The notes: generated by a model not told the origin, from the sequence alone. 64,000 nt of DNA from Octopus sinensis (GCF_006345805.1 NC_043000.1:114080001-114144000), one strand, 5' to 3'. Counted from the first letter of the stretch, positions 1-13,684 are shown. Program-made: numbers and translations.

Positions 1-1270
1 GGAATAATGCGTGTGGATATCTCTCGACTGGAAAGTTCTGAGAATCCAGGACACATTCTGCGGGGCCATGTCAACTTTGGTGTTTATATGAGTGCGCCAG
101 CTTACGTGTTGTCCACAATTACTCCCAAGTCTCTGATGTGTGGACGCCGCGAGAGTTTCACCTGAAGGAAGGGAGTATGGGGAGTTTCAGGGCATCCTCT
201 TTCCAAAGTGGATTAGCTCAAATTTATCCTCGTTCAGCAGCATATTGTTTTTTTCTGCCCATTGGATAACAGCCAGTAGATCTGATGAAGGCTGTCAGGT
301 CACTCGCCTCATTATGACCTTCTGTAGTTGGAGTCATCTGCAAAGATTTTTATGTTGCATGTGCTTGAGATGTCATTAATGTCATTAATGTAAATGATTG
401 AAAAGAAGTGGGCCCAGCACAGTGCCTTGCCGGAACGAACGCCATACTGACTTTGGCTGGGCTTGATTTTACCCCTTCAACTACAACATGTTGAGATCTG
501 TCTGTCAGGAAACACTTCATCCATTTCAGTAACTTTCCAGAGACACCAATGTTGGATAGTTTTTTTCAATAGGATCTTGTGATCGACCCTGTCGAAGGCC
601 TTACTGAAATCAAGGTAGATGACATCGGGTGGAGCCCTCTCCCAAAGCTCTCACAATGTCCTCAAAGTGATGCAGGAGCTGCGTTAGGCAGTCCCTTCCA
701 TTACGGAACCCCTGTTGGTTGGAGATCAGCCGTCTGTTGCTTTCCAGAAATTGGGTTATTTGAGATCTCACCACCCTCTCAAATACCTTGATGATATGAG
801 AGGTGAGTGAGATCGGACGGAATTCACTGCAAGGGACTTGTTTCCATTTTTGAAAACTGGGACAACAGACTGGGACAGAAGGTTTTTTGGAATATAGCCG
901 CATCAGTGAGTTTCTCCACAGATTAGCAAGGGGAGATGCAAGTTGGTGTCGACACACCTTCAGGACACAAGCAGGGAACCTATCGGGGCCTACTGTGATT
1001 GTTTGTGTTTTATATTCGTTTATCGCCGCTAGAACATCAGGGGCACTAAACGTTATGTCCGATATAGTGTGTGGGGGGTTGACATCACTGATACAGCCCA
1101 GATCGGCATATCAGGATTGCTGAAAACAGAGCAGTATTGTTTCTGCAGTATCTCGCCATGGATTTGGCATTATCTTGGAGAGTGCCAGTTTCGTCATTAG
1201 AGGGCCTACAGTGGAGACAGTGACCCTGCGTTTACTCGCAAATGAAAAGAACACTTTGGGGTTGAAGTTT
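1..1270 (-). mobile_element. Degenerate non-LTR retrotransposon (CR1/L2-like LINE) reverse transcriptase fragment, running off the window start
   Basis: Minus-strand RT motifs across frameshifts: FRPISLTSHIIKVFERVV, QQGFRNGRDCLTQLL, DFSKAFDRVDH, PQGTVLGPLLF, IKIFADDS. Confidence 0.9.
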
Positions 1271-1275
1271 GATTT

Positions 1276-1280
1276 TATAT

Positions 1281-1323
<43 letters not shown>

Positions 1324-1373
1324 GAATATATATATATAATTATATATCTGGATATGTATATATATATTATCTG

Positions 1374-1421
<48 letters not shown>

Positions 1422-1525
1422 ATATATATATCTGTATATGTATATATAGATAATATCATCTGTATATGTATATATATATATATATTATCTGTATATGTAT
1501 ATATATATATGTATATATATAGTAT

Positions 1526-1560
<35 letters not shown>

Positions 1561-1638
1561 TATAGATATAGATTATATAGCTATGTATATATAGGCTGTA
1601 TATATATAATATATATATAATATATATATGTTATATAA

Positions 1639-1721
<83 letters not shown>

Positions 1722-2079
1722 ATATATATCTGTATATATATATATATATAATATATATATATATATCTGTATCTGTATATATGTATATGTATATATATAA
1801 TATATATATCTAATATATATATATAATATATATTATATAATTATATATATATATTACTATATCTGTATATGTATATCTGTATATGTATATATCTATATAT
1901 ATATATATTGTATATGTATATCTGTATATGGATATATATATATATATATAATATATATATAATATATATATCTGTATCTGTATATCTGTATTGTAAATCT
2001 GTATATGTATATCTGTATATGTATATATATATATAATGATATATGATATATATTATATTCTGTATATGTAGATCGGTAG

Positions 2080-2110
<31 letters not shown>

Positions 2111-2125
2111 CATATTATCATAATA

Positions 2126-2169
<44 letters not shown>

Positions 2170-2402
2170 ATATCTATATATATACTGTATAGTCATATAT
2201 ATATATCGTATTGTATATATATATATATATCGTATATAGTATATATATTATATGTATATATCTATACTATATATATATATATATATATATTATAGATATA
2301 TATATTATATATCTGTATTGGATATAGATATAATATATATATATATATATATATATCTGTATATGTATATATATATATATATATTATATATATATAATAT
2401 AG

Positions 2403-2435
<33 letters not shown>

Positions 2436-2676
2436 TTCTGTATATATATCTGATAATATATATATATATATCTGTATATATATATATATCTATGTATATA
2501 TTATATATATATCTGTATACTATATATCTGGGTTATATATATATAGATATATATATATATATATATACTGTATATAGATATATATATATATATATATATA
2601 TATATCTGTATATATAATATATATAATATATATATATATATATCTTATATATATATATAGTATATATATATATATA

Positions 2677-2707
<31 letters not shown>

Positions 2708-2741
2708 CTGTATATATATATATATATATATTATATATATG

Positions 2742-2778
<37 letters not shown>

Positions 2779-2922
2779 CTGTATATATATATATAATCTG
2801 TATATGTATATATAATATATCTGTATATATATATATACGTATATTCTGTATATGTAATATATATATATATCTGTATATATATATTATATAGATATCTGTA
2901 TATATATATATATATATATATA
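1276..2922. repeat. Long imperfect (TA)n microsatellite with tctgta interruptions
   Basis: Directly visible; source of the spurious YIYI ORFs. Confidence 0.97.
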
Positions 2923-3018
2923 CGGAGTAAACACATAAATGTGAAACAAGGTGGAAAAAGAGTACTCAAATACCAGTGGTAGAGAATATGCTTTATTTTA
3001 AGCAGCAGAAAATTCAAC

Positions 3019-3066
3019 AAAATCTGTTACTCTGAGTTTCTCGTTGCCGTTCATCAGACAGTTTTT
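3019..3066 (-). ncRNA. Minimal type I hammerhead ribozyme motif (PLE pseudo-LTR)
   Basis: Reverse complement: aaaaactgt-CTGATGA-acggcaacga-GAAA-ctcagag-TA-acagatttt. Core intact; stem I ctgt/acag; stem III actc/gagt; GUA cleavage triplet. Confidence 0.75.
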
Positions 3067-4301
3067 GCTAGAATGGAACAATATATATAATTCAATCTAG
3101 TACTCTTACAAACGCTACACCTTAAAAAGAAATGGACTTGTTTGATGGCCCTTTAGAAAAAAACGGTCAATCTTCGAGCGATAAACAAAAAGGTCAAAAT
3201 TATATGTTATAATATAAAAACTATAAAATTATAAAAATTATAAAATCCGAGGAAAAAACCGAGGAAAAAACCTATTGCCGTTAATGAAGACGTACAAATT
3301 AATGCATAGAAATTAACCTGTTATAAATACTGCAATACATATTTATATTAAAATCCACATATATATATCAACATACACAAAGGATGCGCGTAAACGCCAT
3401 ACATACATATACAGACGTATGAATATGAATCTAAATTATAACACATAAAAGCATGTGTACATATATTCACGCAAACCGTCTCGCACGCAAGCTAAAATTC
3501 ATCTATGTAGCAATTCTCATATACTGAGCAAGGAGGGGGAACAAAAGAAAGGGAAAGAGAGAAAAAGGAAAAAGAGGGTGGGGGGGGAAAACTTGTAGCG
3601 ATGTATTGGCATACTATAGAGGCCAGTATACATACACAAGTTTGAATGATACATATACATACCGTCGTGTGTATGCGTGCTTAAGCACAAGCATACTTTC
3701 ACTTACACATACACAGATACGCATGCTTACAAATACATATGCTTTGCTATACACAAACTTAATAAAATTCTAAATTTGACAACATTGCTTTTTTTAAAAA
3801 AACATTGCTTTTAAAAAATGGGTGCATTAATAAAAATATATACGAAAGACATATAAAATAAAATATAACATCCTATTTTGGGTCATTTATAAATAATCAA
3901 GGTAATATAAATAATCAAGGTAATCCTATGCAATACAATAACATGAAAACAAAGTTTGTAGGTTTTCCTAATATATATGTAGAAACAATAAGCCTTTGCT
4001 ATAGATCCGTCGTAGCGCTTAAGAGTCAAAATCAAAATCAAAATCAAAATACAAAAATATATACTCTATCATATGGTATATTATATTCGACATTTTAAAT
4101 TTAGCCGCGTGCCTACATAAGTTCATTAACTCACTTCTGTGATTCAAAGAATTATTGTCTTTGATAATATGTGCATTTTTCTAATAAGCAAAGCTTGCAA
4201 TTGAAATTATATTTGTAAGCTCCATGCCTGTATGGTGCCGCCCTGTCCAGAATGCTCCATGTCACGTTGAAAAGGTGGGGCTTCCTTTTCTTTTAGTGCA
4301 A

Positions 4302-4670
4302 GTGGAAGGCTCATCGGAATACAAGACATACACAGGGGCTTCAGAAAATTCATTTAAACAAGATTTTATTCTCATAAGAATCTTTTAAATACCCAGAGAA
4401 TAGGAAGAAAACCAGCCTAGCAAAATATGTCTGGGAACTAAAAGAAAAGGAAGCCCCACCTTTCAACGTGACATGGAGCATTCTGGACAGGGCGGCACCA
4501 TACAGGCATGGAGCTTACAAATATAATTTCAAGTGCAAGCTTTGCTTATTAGAAAAAATGCACATATATTCAAAGACAATAATTCTTTGAATCAAAGAAG
4601 TGAGTTAATGAACTTATGTAGGCACGCGGCTAAATTTAAAATGTCGAATATAAATATACCATATGGATAG
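4302..4670 (+). pseudogene. PLE GIY-YIG endonuclease C-terminal fragment (frameshifted)
   Basis: Manual translation across 1-2 nt indels: YKTYTGASENSFKQ/FYSHK/SFKYPENRKKTSLAKYVWELKEK...VTWSILDRAAPY...KCKLCLLEKMHI/..SLNQRSELMNLCRHAAKF. This matches the PLE pattern YIG..FK.R...H / WEL / C.LC..EK / LN.RSE....C.H. Confidence 0.85.
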
Positions 4671-5673
4671 AGTATATATTTTGTATTTTGATTTTTGATT
4701 TGATTTGACTCTTAAGCGCTACGACGGATCTATAGCAAAGTCTTATTGTTTTCTGCATAATATTAGGAAAACCTACAAACTTTGTTTTCATGTTATTGTA
4801 TTGCATAGGATTACCTTGATTATTTATATTACCTTGATATTATAAATGACCCAAAATAGGATGTTATATTTTTATTTTATATGTCTTTCGTATATATTTT
4901 TATTAATGCACCCATTTTTTAAAAGCATGTTTTTTTTAAAAAAAAGCAATGTTGTCAAATTTAGAATGTTTATATAAGTTGTGTATAGCAAAGCATATGA
5001 TTTGTAAGCATGCGTATCTGTGTATGTGTAAGTGAAAGTATGCTTGTGCTTAAGCACGCATACACACGACGGTATGTATATGTATCAATTCAAACTTATG
5101 TATTATACTGCCTCTATAGATGCCAATAACAATCGCTACAAGTTTTCCCCCCCCCCACCCCTCTTTCGTTCCTTTTCTCTCTTTCCCTTTCTTGTGTTCC
5201 CCCTCCTTGCTCAGTATATGAGAATGCTACATAGATGAATTTTAGCTTGCGTGCGAGACGGTTTGCGTGAATATATATGTACCATGTGTTATGTGTATAA
5301 TTTAGATTCATATTCATACGTCTGTATATGTATGTATGGCGTTTACGCGCATCCTTTGTGTATGTTGATATATATATGTGGATTTTAATATAATATGTAT
5401 TGCAGTATTTTATAACAGGTTTAATTTCTATGCATTAATTTGTACTGTCTTCTTAAACGGCAATAGGTTTTTTTCCTCGGTTTTTTCCTCGGATTTTATA
5501 ATTTTTATAACTTTTATAAGTTTTTATATATATACATATATATTTTTACCTTTTTGTTTATCGCTCGAAGAATTGACCGTTTTTTCTAAGGGCCAATCAA
5601 ACAAGTCCATTTCTTAAAGGTGTAGCGTTTGTAAGAGTATAGATTGAATTAATATATGTTTTTCCATTCTAGC

Positions 5674-5720
5674 AAAACTGTCTGATGAACGGCAACGAGA
5701 AACTCAGAGTAACAGATTTT
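5674..5720 (+). ncRNA. Minimal type I hammerhead ribozyme motif (PLE pseudo-LTR)
   Basis: aaaactgt-CTGATGA-acggcaacga-GAAA-ctcagag-TA-acagatttt; same motif as in the left arm. Confidence 0.75.
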
Positions 5721-5939
5721 TGTGTGGAATTTTCTGCTGCTAAAATAAAGTATATATATATATATATATAATATATTATATTATATATATATAATATATC
5801 TGTATATATATATATACGGATATAAACAAATATACATAAGCAAATATACATGATAGGCCGACATTTTTAAATGACACCACATATGTACAAATGCATATAT
5901 ATGCGTTTGTGTGTGTATACACACACACATACACACATA

Positions 5940-6007
<68 letters not shown>

Positions 6008-6387
6008 CTACATGCATACATACACACGTACGTACATGCAGGTATATAGGTGGGAGTTTAATGGTGGGTTTTGTGTGTATGTGTATGCATGCGTGCGTGT
6101 GTGTTTCTGGAAACACACATGCACACGGCAACATACACTGTTGCTTAATATATGTAGAGGGTGGTACATGTTTACTGTCATAGAATTTGCAAACAAATGA
6201 TTTTGAAAAAAAAAATTGTGCAAAGGCAGTTCTGTGGGGTGGGAAATGGAAGGGAAAGTGGGCGGGAACCGTGGAGATGAGTTGCGACTGGTGTCATCTG
6301 TTTGTGATGTGCGTAATGTTACATGTATATATATATAATGTATATATACATACATGCATGCATACATCCATACATACATATATATAT

Positions 6388-6570
6388 TCTTTTCTTTTAT
6401 TTGTTTCAGTCATTTAGTTGAGCGACTCTGCCCCAGGACTTATTCTTAGTAAGCCTAGTACTTATTGCATCCGTTCTCTTTTGCCGAACCGCTAGGCTAC
6501 GGGGACGCAAGCACACCAACATCGGTTGTCAAGCGATGTTGGGGACAAATATCGACACACAAACACAAAT
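6388..6570 (-). mobile_element. 3' fragment of an abundant tRNA-derived SINE family
   Basis: Reverse complement of the 3' part of the copy at 16047-16405 (cttagcagttcggcaaaag...gactgaaacaaataaaaga). Confidence 0.7.
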
Positions 6571-6849
6571 ACACATATGCACTGTGACTGTGTATCATTT
6601 CGGGTGTTCTGACGCAAATGACTTCACCAGGTTCGTTGTGTTTGCATTTAGTGATAATTCTGATATAAACGTGTTGCACCAACTCTCCCTTGCGATAGAT
6701 GACCCCGGCTCTTCTTTACCATCTATGGCCTCAACAGCCACCTCAAGCACCGGCATCCTTCATCCCATCAAAACGAAAAGGCTCAGCCACTGGTCTCAGA
6801 TCTACTTCTCGGTTACGAGCTAAGGTCGACCAACCAACCGACCGTTCCA

Positions 6850-7450
6850 TCAGTATATCTTAAATTGAAACGTGGCTTTATTCAACGTCAGAAATATTTT
6901 GATATTATTTTTCTTTGGGTTACGCTTCCTAGGGATGACATTGTATATTGTTTTAGCAACAATGCCATGCCGCATAGGACTATAATACTTCAGTGACATT
7001 TTGAAGAGCCTACTGATCTTCTAATATCTTCCACTGATATGTGACATAACTGACATTTTCGATTACGACTTCGAGTTTTAAAAATTCAATGTTTCCTGTT
7101 AGTTTTCTGGGGTTTTTTTTCTTTGTGGTCAGGGTGGGGTCGTTCATATAAATAATTTCTCACTTAATCCACTGCTCTATTGATTATATAATGAATTGAA
7201 AATAAGTGGGAGATACTTCTACCGATTCCGGCTACTATGTTCTTATTTATAACCGTAGGGTGATTGGAATCTCTGTGAAGATATATGAGTTCTTGAGGCT
7301 TTTTGTGTTGGTAGTACATGCATGTCTTATGGTCTGAAGTAATGTCCAAGAAGGTGATCGTTGTGGGGTGGCAGTTATGTTTAAACCAACTTCCTTGAAT
7401 ATTTCTATTAAGTTCTTCTTAAATCTATCCACTGCATGGTCATACACTTT
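6850..7450 (-). mobile_element. Degenerate Penelope-like element RT thumb/linker fragment
   Basis: ORF pieces RFKKNLIEIFKEVGLNIT and LDIT...KKPQELIYLHRDSNHPTVINKNIVAGIGRSIS are typical PLE RT motifs (LDIT / SNHP). Confidence 0.75.
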
Positions 7451-7794
7451 TACTATAAGACACCAACCACCAGTCGCCACCACCGCCTGTAGCCACCACC
7501 ACCGCCATCATCACTACCATCCTCATTATCCCCCTTAGTTAATTGACAGTCACCGCATCTCCCACGACTCTCCTGTCTGTTGTTGACTGTTTAAAAACTT
7601 AAACTACCAAAGTCATACACAAAAAATGAAAACAAAACAGAACCCCCATCCCCTAAAACAGGAACGGCCAGGCTCTTTGATTTGACAAGTTCATACATGA
7701 AAGCTAACCATTTTTTGCTTCATTTTTCAATTTTCTTCGTTCGTTTCCAGTGTTTCTTTCAACTGCACTTGGCCATTGACGGCGGGTTCTTGTA

Positions 7795-8345
7795 TAAGTT
7801 GTTGTTATTGTTGTTGTCGTCGTTGTTGTTGTTGTCGCTCTTGTTATCATGATGGTGGCAGCGGTGTGATTATGGTCGTGCTGGTGGTTATGAAGGTCGT
7901 AATAGCTATTGCTGTGGTGGTGGTGGTGGTGGTCGTCGTCGTCGTCGTCGTGGTTGTGATATTGGTGGTAGTGATGGTTGTGGTGATGATGGCAGTGTTT
8001 GTGGTGGTAGTAATAGTGATGGCTGTAGTAATTGCAATGGTGATAGTGGTGGTGGTGGAGAAAGTAATTGTTGCTGTTGTTGTTGCGGTGGGGTGTTGGC
8101 GATGGAGGATAATAGCTGTCGAGGTGGTTTGTAGTATTGGTGGTTGTGAGGGTGATGACAGAGGATGTTGTTGCTGCTGTGCTGACGATGCTGGGGTGGG
8201 GAGCGGCAGTGATGACGTTCGCTGTTTTGGTGATGGTGATGATGATGATGATGATGACGGTGGTGGTTTTGAGAGGAGTTTGTGGTTGTAGTGGTGGTGT
8301 GGTGGTGATAGTAGTTACATTTGTTGTTCTTGCTGTAGTAGCTGT
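7795..8345. repeat. Mixed trinucleotide low-complexity tract (GTT/GGT/GAT/GTC)
   Basis: Directly visible; gives poly-V/H/P ORFs in several frames on both strands. Confidence 0.85.
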
Positions 8346-8454
8346 TTACATACTCGGTGCACAGGGAATTAGTACCGAGTGGAAAGGTGAACTTATCCTC
8401 CTTCACACCTTTGACATCTTGCCGTGGGATATTTTTGATGGTGTATGTTTAAGC

Positions 8455-8536
8455 ATGTGGATGTATATGTATGTGTATATGTATGCATGCCTCCCTGCCT
8501 GTATGTGTATGTATGAGCATGTGCGTGTATGTACAT

Positions 8537-8613
<77 letters not shown>

Positions 8614-9025
8614 TGTATGTATGTATGTATGTATGTATGTATGTATTATGTATGCATGTATGAATGCGTGAGTTTGTGTATGTGTGTGTATATGTATACA
8701 TGTGTGTATCAGAGATCATTTTTATCACTTGAAGAAGGGTTCACAAGTGGAACTCAAGGACACAAACAGCATCCACCAAATACATTCACATGCACACACA
8801 CACACACATATATATAGACATACATGTGTGTGTGTATGTGTCTTCAGATGTTTATAGACGTATGTGCTTACGTATGTGTATGTGTATGTATATGCAAACA
8901 CACACACAAACAGACATATATATGATCAAAAGACAGAAAGATAGATGGATAGACTCTGGTGTGGGAGCGTGTGTATTGTATATATGTATACATATACATT
9001 ATATATATACATATACATACATATA

Positions 9026-9061
<36 letters not shown>

Positions 9062-9068
9062 TATATAT

Positions 9069-9112
<44 letters not shown>

Positions 9113-9524
9113 GTTTGTGTGTATTCATATATATATGTGTGTGTGTGTATATATATATACATACATATATATAGGCATGTATATATATATATACATATGT
9201 TTGTGTGTATTCATATATATATGTGTGTGTGTGTATATATATATATACATACATATATATATGTATGTATGTATATACATATATATTTATATATATGTAT
9301 ATACATATACATATATATGTATATACATATATATTTATATACATATATATATATATGTATATATATATATGTATATATATAAATGTATATACATGTATAT
9401 ATATATAAATGTATATACATGTATATATAGATATGTATATATATGTATATATATATGTATATAGATGTATATACATATATGCACACTTATATATATATAT
9501 ATATATATATATTTACATGTATGA

Positions 9525-9557
<33 letters not shown>

Positions 9558-9570
9558 GTGTGTGTGTTTG
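8455..9570. repeat. Compound (ATGT)n/(TA)n/(GT)n microsatellite
   Basis: Directly visible. Confidence 0.95.
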
Positions 9571-10326
9571 CTTGTACAGTGGAGATGGTCTTCAATTTTA
9601 GTGCAGTCCCAAAGCAGATACAATAATTGGTCGAGAAAAGAAGGGAAGAGTTTTGAGTTGGGAGAGGAGAACAAGAGAAAAGAAGAGGCGGGAGAGAAGT
9701 CAAGAGGAGATAACTGAAGAGAGGTCGAGGAGAAAGAAGCAAAGAAGTGGTTAGTTATAATAATGTTATGATATATGTGTGTCTGGTGTCAGCTGGCTTT
9801 TGTTTCTTACTGTCAGCTTAGAACGATAGAGGTGGCGGCTGGGTCACTTAGCACTGAAGATATTTAGTGAAGAAACTACTGGTGCTACTGTGGATTGAGG
9901 TTGTCATTATGATGGTGGTGGTGGTGAAGGAAGATAGAGAGGAGGTGGTGGAGGAGAAGGAAGATAGAGGGAGGTGGTTGATGGTGGAGCTGTTGGTTGA
10001 AAATAGTGTTGAGGATAAAAATCTACTTTTTTCAATTTGTTTTTCAATCGCAGATAATGACATACTGTAGTACCTCCTCATGTATGTGTGTATGTGTGTG
10101 TGTGGGGGGGGGGGTCTTTCGTTCGGTCGTTCGTTCAACAGCTTTTTCTTTTTTTCCATCTAAGCATGAGTTACACTGGAATTGATTTTGAGACAAGATT
10201 TTTTTGCATGTTCTGCAACAATCACTTGGTTTTCAGACAAGGGATTTTAATATGCCACAATTCTTCGAAAGAACAAAGCGTCCGGCCATAATGTCACCAA
10301 GGACCATAATGTCACACACACACACT

Positions 10327-11513
10327 AAAAATAATGGAAACATCTTGAGATTTCAAACAAATGTATTCAATATGGGGTAGGACAGCCTTTGGCAGTAATT
10401 ACAGCTTGAATTCTATGAGGTATGAACTCATACAAAGTTTGAATTGTTTCCAAAGGAATTTTTGTCCATTCTTCAACTAAAACAGTCTCCAAATGGTGGA
10501 AGATATCGATTCCTTACTTACTTTTCTAAAATGCACCATAAATGTTCAATAATATTGAGATTTGGGGACTGTGGTGGCCAGATAAGATGTTCAACTTCAC
10601 TAGAATGTTCCTCGTGCCATCTAGTAACAACTTTAGCAGTGTGAATTGGTGCATTACCATCCTGAAAGATTGTATTTCCTTCTGGAAACAGTTCTGCAAC
10701 CATAGGAAGAATTTGATCAGATAAAATGCTTAAATAGTCTTGATTATTAATTCTGCCGGCGGATTTTCAAGATATAGCCCCCTACCTAGATCATCACAGA
10801 TCCTCCTCCGTGTTTAACAGGTGGAAGAAGGCAGTCTGGGTCAAATGCTTCTTTTGGCTGTCTCCACACGTCCGAGAAAATAGCATTCTTCCACTGCTCT
10901 GAGGACCAATTCTGTAGGTTTTTATTCCACTCTAACGCTTTGCAATGTTTGTTTTTGAAAGTAGTGGTTTTCTGATAGCAGCCCTTTTGTGAGATCCGAC
11001 TTTGTGCAGCTCCCGGCAAACAGCTTTTGTGGAAACTGGGTTCACGGGGTAGTCATTAAGCTATGCAGTAATTTTTGGAGCTGTACTTTTGTGATCCTTT
11101 CTAACAATTTGCATAAGAGTCCGACGGTCCCTTTCTGAAAGTTTTAATTTTCTTCCGGAGTTTTGTTTCGACGAGGAGGTTTTTCCCTCTTTCTCAAAGG
11201 CTGTCATTACTTTTGAGACAGTACTTCTTGATACACCAAACATTTAGGCTGTTTTCGTTACGCTAGCGCCTGTCATACGAGCACCAACAACTTGACCTCT
11301 TTGAAAGTCCGATAGATCTGTCATTTTAAAGAATTTTAATTACCTTTTTCTGATGATGTCTGAAAAGAAACAGCAATTTTAGCAAAACATATTAAGCCAC
11401 ACTAATAATAAATAAAAAAAAACAAAGATAAACAAGCTTTTGGGGGTTTTAAAGATATTTCAAAACTATGATGCTATCATGCTAGGTGTTTCCATTATTC
11501 TGTCCAACCCCTA
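10327..11513 (-). mobile_element. Defective Tc1/mariner transposon with DD36E-type spacing
   Basis: TIR ggggttggacagaataatggaaacacc at 11485-11513 (minus), with a partial partner aaaataatggaaacatc at 10327. Transposase from the ATG at 11324: MTDLSDFQRGQVVGARMTGASVTKTA*MFGVSRSTVSKVM...SGRKLKLSERDRRTL; FSD; VKHGGGSVMI; FQDGNAPIHT...WPPQSPNLNIIEHLW. Contains stops, frameshifts and deletions. Confidence 0.93.
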
Positions 11514-11565
11514 TATACACACATACACACACGCACACACACATAAGTGCATACATACATGCATA

Positions 11566-11566
11566 C

Positions 11567-11656
<90 letters not shown>

Positions 11657-11694
11657 GCTGACAGACAGACAGGCAGACAGACAGACAGACAGAC

Positions 11695-11768
<74 letters not shown>
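11566..11768. repeat. (AGAT)n/(AGAC)n microsatellite
   Basis: Directly visible. Confidence 0.97.
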
Positions 11769-11769
<1 letters not shown>

Positions 11770-12133
11770 ACATACACACACACACGTACGTGCGTATGCT
11801 CATCTTATGATCTCACACATTTATCCTATCGTGAAACTGATATTGGGCTTCACACAGTTTCGTTCAACCAAATTCATACGCAAGCCATTAGTCGGTCTGG
11901 GGCAATAACAGGAGACACTTTCTCAAGCCTTCCCCGCTGTTTCACCACAAAGATTATTCACTGTGAGACATCGAACCCCCTAATTAACTCAGTAAAAATT
12001 ATTACTCTATAATTAATCTGCATTGTATTATCTTTATTTTAAGAATAGTAATACTGAGTACGACATACTGTTCGTTTTATGTAAATGTGTGTGTGTATGT
12101 GAATGTTTGTATGCATTCCATGCGTATGTATGC

Positions 12134-12165
<32 letters not shown>

Positions 12166-12520
12166 TCACACACACATATACATAATACAAGCATGGAACA
12201 CTTACATGCAGAACTCGGAGTTTTCCGACAGCATCGAATATAATTTTTATCTGATTCGCCACAACCGTTCGTCGGCTTTCAAATCTGGTAGCGTTGTTAC
12301 CCTGAACAGTTAAATAGAATTGTGGGAGTCGCATCGACAGCTGATAAATGGTAGCGGTAAACGGAATTAATTATATCCGACGTTGCCGGGGAAACACCGA
12401 GATCTGCATGTAAGGTGTTCCATGATTATATTCTGTATTAAATGTAATCTTCTATTTCAACAACATTAAGGTCAACTTCTTTTGTTGCTACACGTATGAT
12501 CTGTCGGCATACATACATGT

Positions 12521-12551
<31 letters not shown>

Positions 12552-13036
12552 TATGAATGAGTTTATGTATGTATATGTATGTATGTGTGTGTGTAAACAT
12601 ACATATATGTGTGTGTGTGTATAAATATACGTTACGTCAGGACGTTTCTGGGCGCTAATGGTAACATGTAATCCAGTACAACTTGCTGCATGGTTGGGGT
12701 CGTCGGCGACTAAACTGCGAACCCCATTAAGGTGGCTTATTGAGGAGGTTGACTGGAGATCCTGCAGGGTGGCAAACAAAACCTATCAAAGAACAGACGA
12801 ACTTATGAGAGTCAACGGTCATCCAACACTGAGTTCGCAAGCTTGGTCCTGCTATTTCTCATGGATAACGATTGTTCATCCATAGATTGGTGACTTTGGT
12901 GCAGAAACATGATAGCTGAATGAACAGGCACAAGTTCAGTCAACAGAAAACCATGGGAATGAGAATGAGGGCATGGTAAACCACAATACAAGGAGAGGTA
13001 TACACGTTGGGCGTATTTTAAATGGTTGATACGGAA

Positions 13037-13115
13037 GACAACAATCGTTTCGGCTTCCTTTTGCACTGCTCTCTAGCGGATGCAATGCACAAAACAGGGA
13101 GCCTCATCAGGTGAC
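13037..13115 (-). ncRNA. Hammerhead-like motif with extended stem II (probably a PLE remnant)
   Basis: Reverse complement: gtcac-CTGATGA-ggctccc...ggaagcc-GAAA-cgattgtt. Confidence 0.5.
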
Positions 13116-13453
13116 GTAGCATGCTTCAAAAGTTATAACATTCACATAAAAATATAAAAATATTACAAAATTAAAAAATAAAATATACAACGAATCTAGT
13201 GTAAATGGGGGCAAGGGTGTTTATGGCATTAGATTGAACGGCGATAAAGCGTGCAGAGATGTTTGATGGCTGCCTATGGCAGTCAAACGTGACGACGTGG
13301 TCAAAATATTTTTAATATTTTTATCAGCCACTTCCTGAGCACAACTTTCCTCACTTCACCAAAAATGTGTGTGAACTACTAGCAATGCACCATCAGCATA
13401 TAATTTGAAGCGAAAAGGAAATGTAAATCTTATAACTTTTGAAGAACATTACG

Positions 13454-13556
13454 GCACCTGATAAGGCTCTCTGCACAGTGCGTTGTGTCAGATGTCATTA
13501 GATCGTCCCACACCCACTAGGGAACAGACAGAAGGAATCCGAAACGATTGTTGTGC
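13454..13556 (+). ncRNA. Degenerate hammerhead-like motif with extended stem II
   Basis: gcac-CTGATAA-ggctctct...agaaggaatcc-GAAA-cgattgtt-gtgc. Stem I gcac/gtgc; G8 changed to A. Confidence 0.45.
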
Positions 13557-13596
13557 TAAAAGCTTCTAGTTACGCCCTCCTTCCGTATCAATCCTT

Positions 13597-13631
<35 letters not shown>

Positions 13632-13684
13632 TGTATGTATGTATAATCCACATATATATGCATGTGTGTGTGCGGCTGTGTGAA

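Larger units (their letters stand above)
2923..5750 (+). mobile_element. 5'-truncated Penelope-like element with an inverted pseudo-LTR (arms ~2991-4297 and ~4437-5750)
   Basis: The ~1.3-kb arms are reverse complements of each other. The spacer plus right arm encode a GIY-YIG C-terminus, and each arm carries a hammerhead motif near its outer end. Confidence 0.88.

Noticed and set aside
1377-3020. YIYI/MYVC/HTHT/IYLS-type ORFs here and throughout the window (e.g. 8393-9742, 16733-17423, 31618-32825)
   Set aside because: Translations of stop-free microsatellites, open in many frames on both strands.
7776-8817. Poly-Val/His/Pro ORFs resembling membrane or His-rich proteins
   Set aside because: Trinucleotide low-complexity sequence; no domain or credible exon structure.
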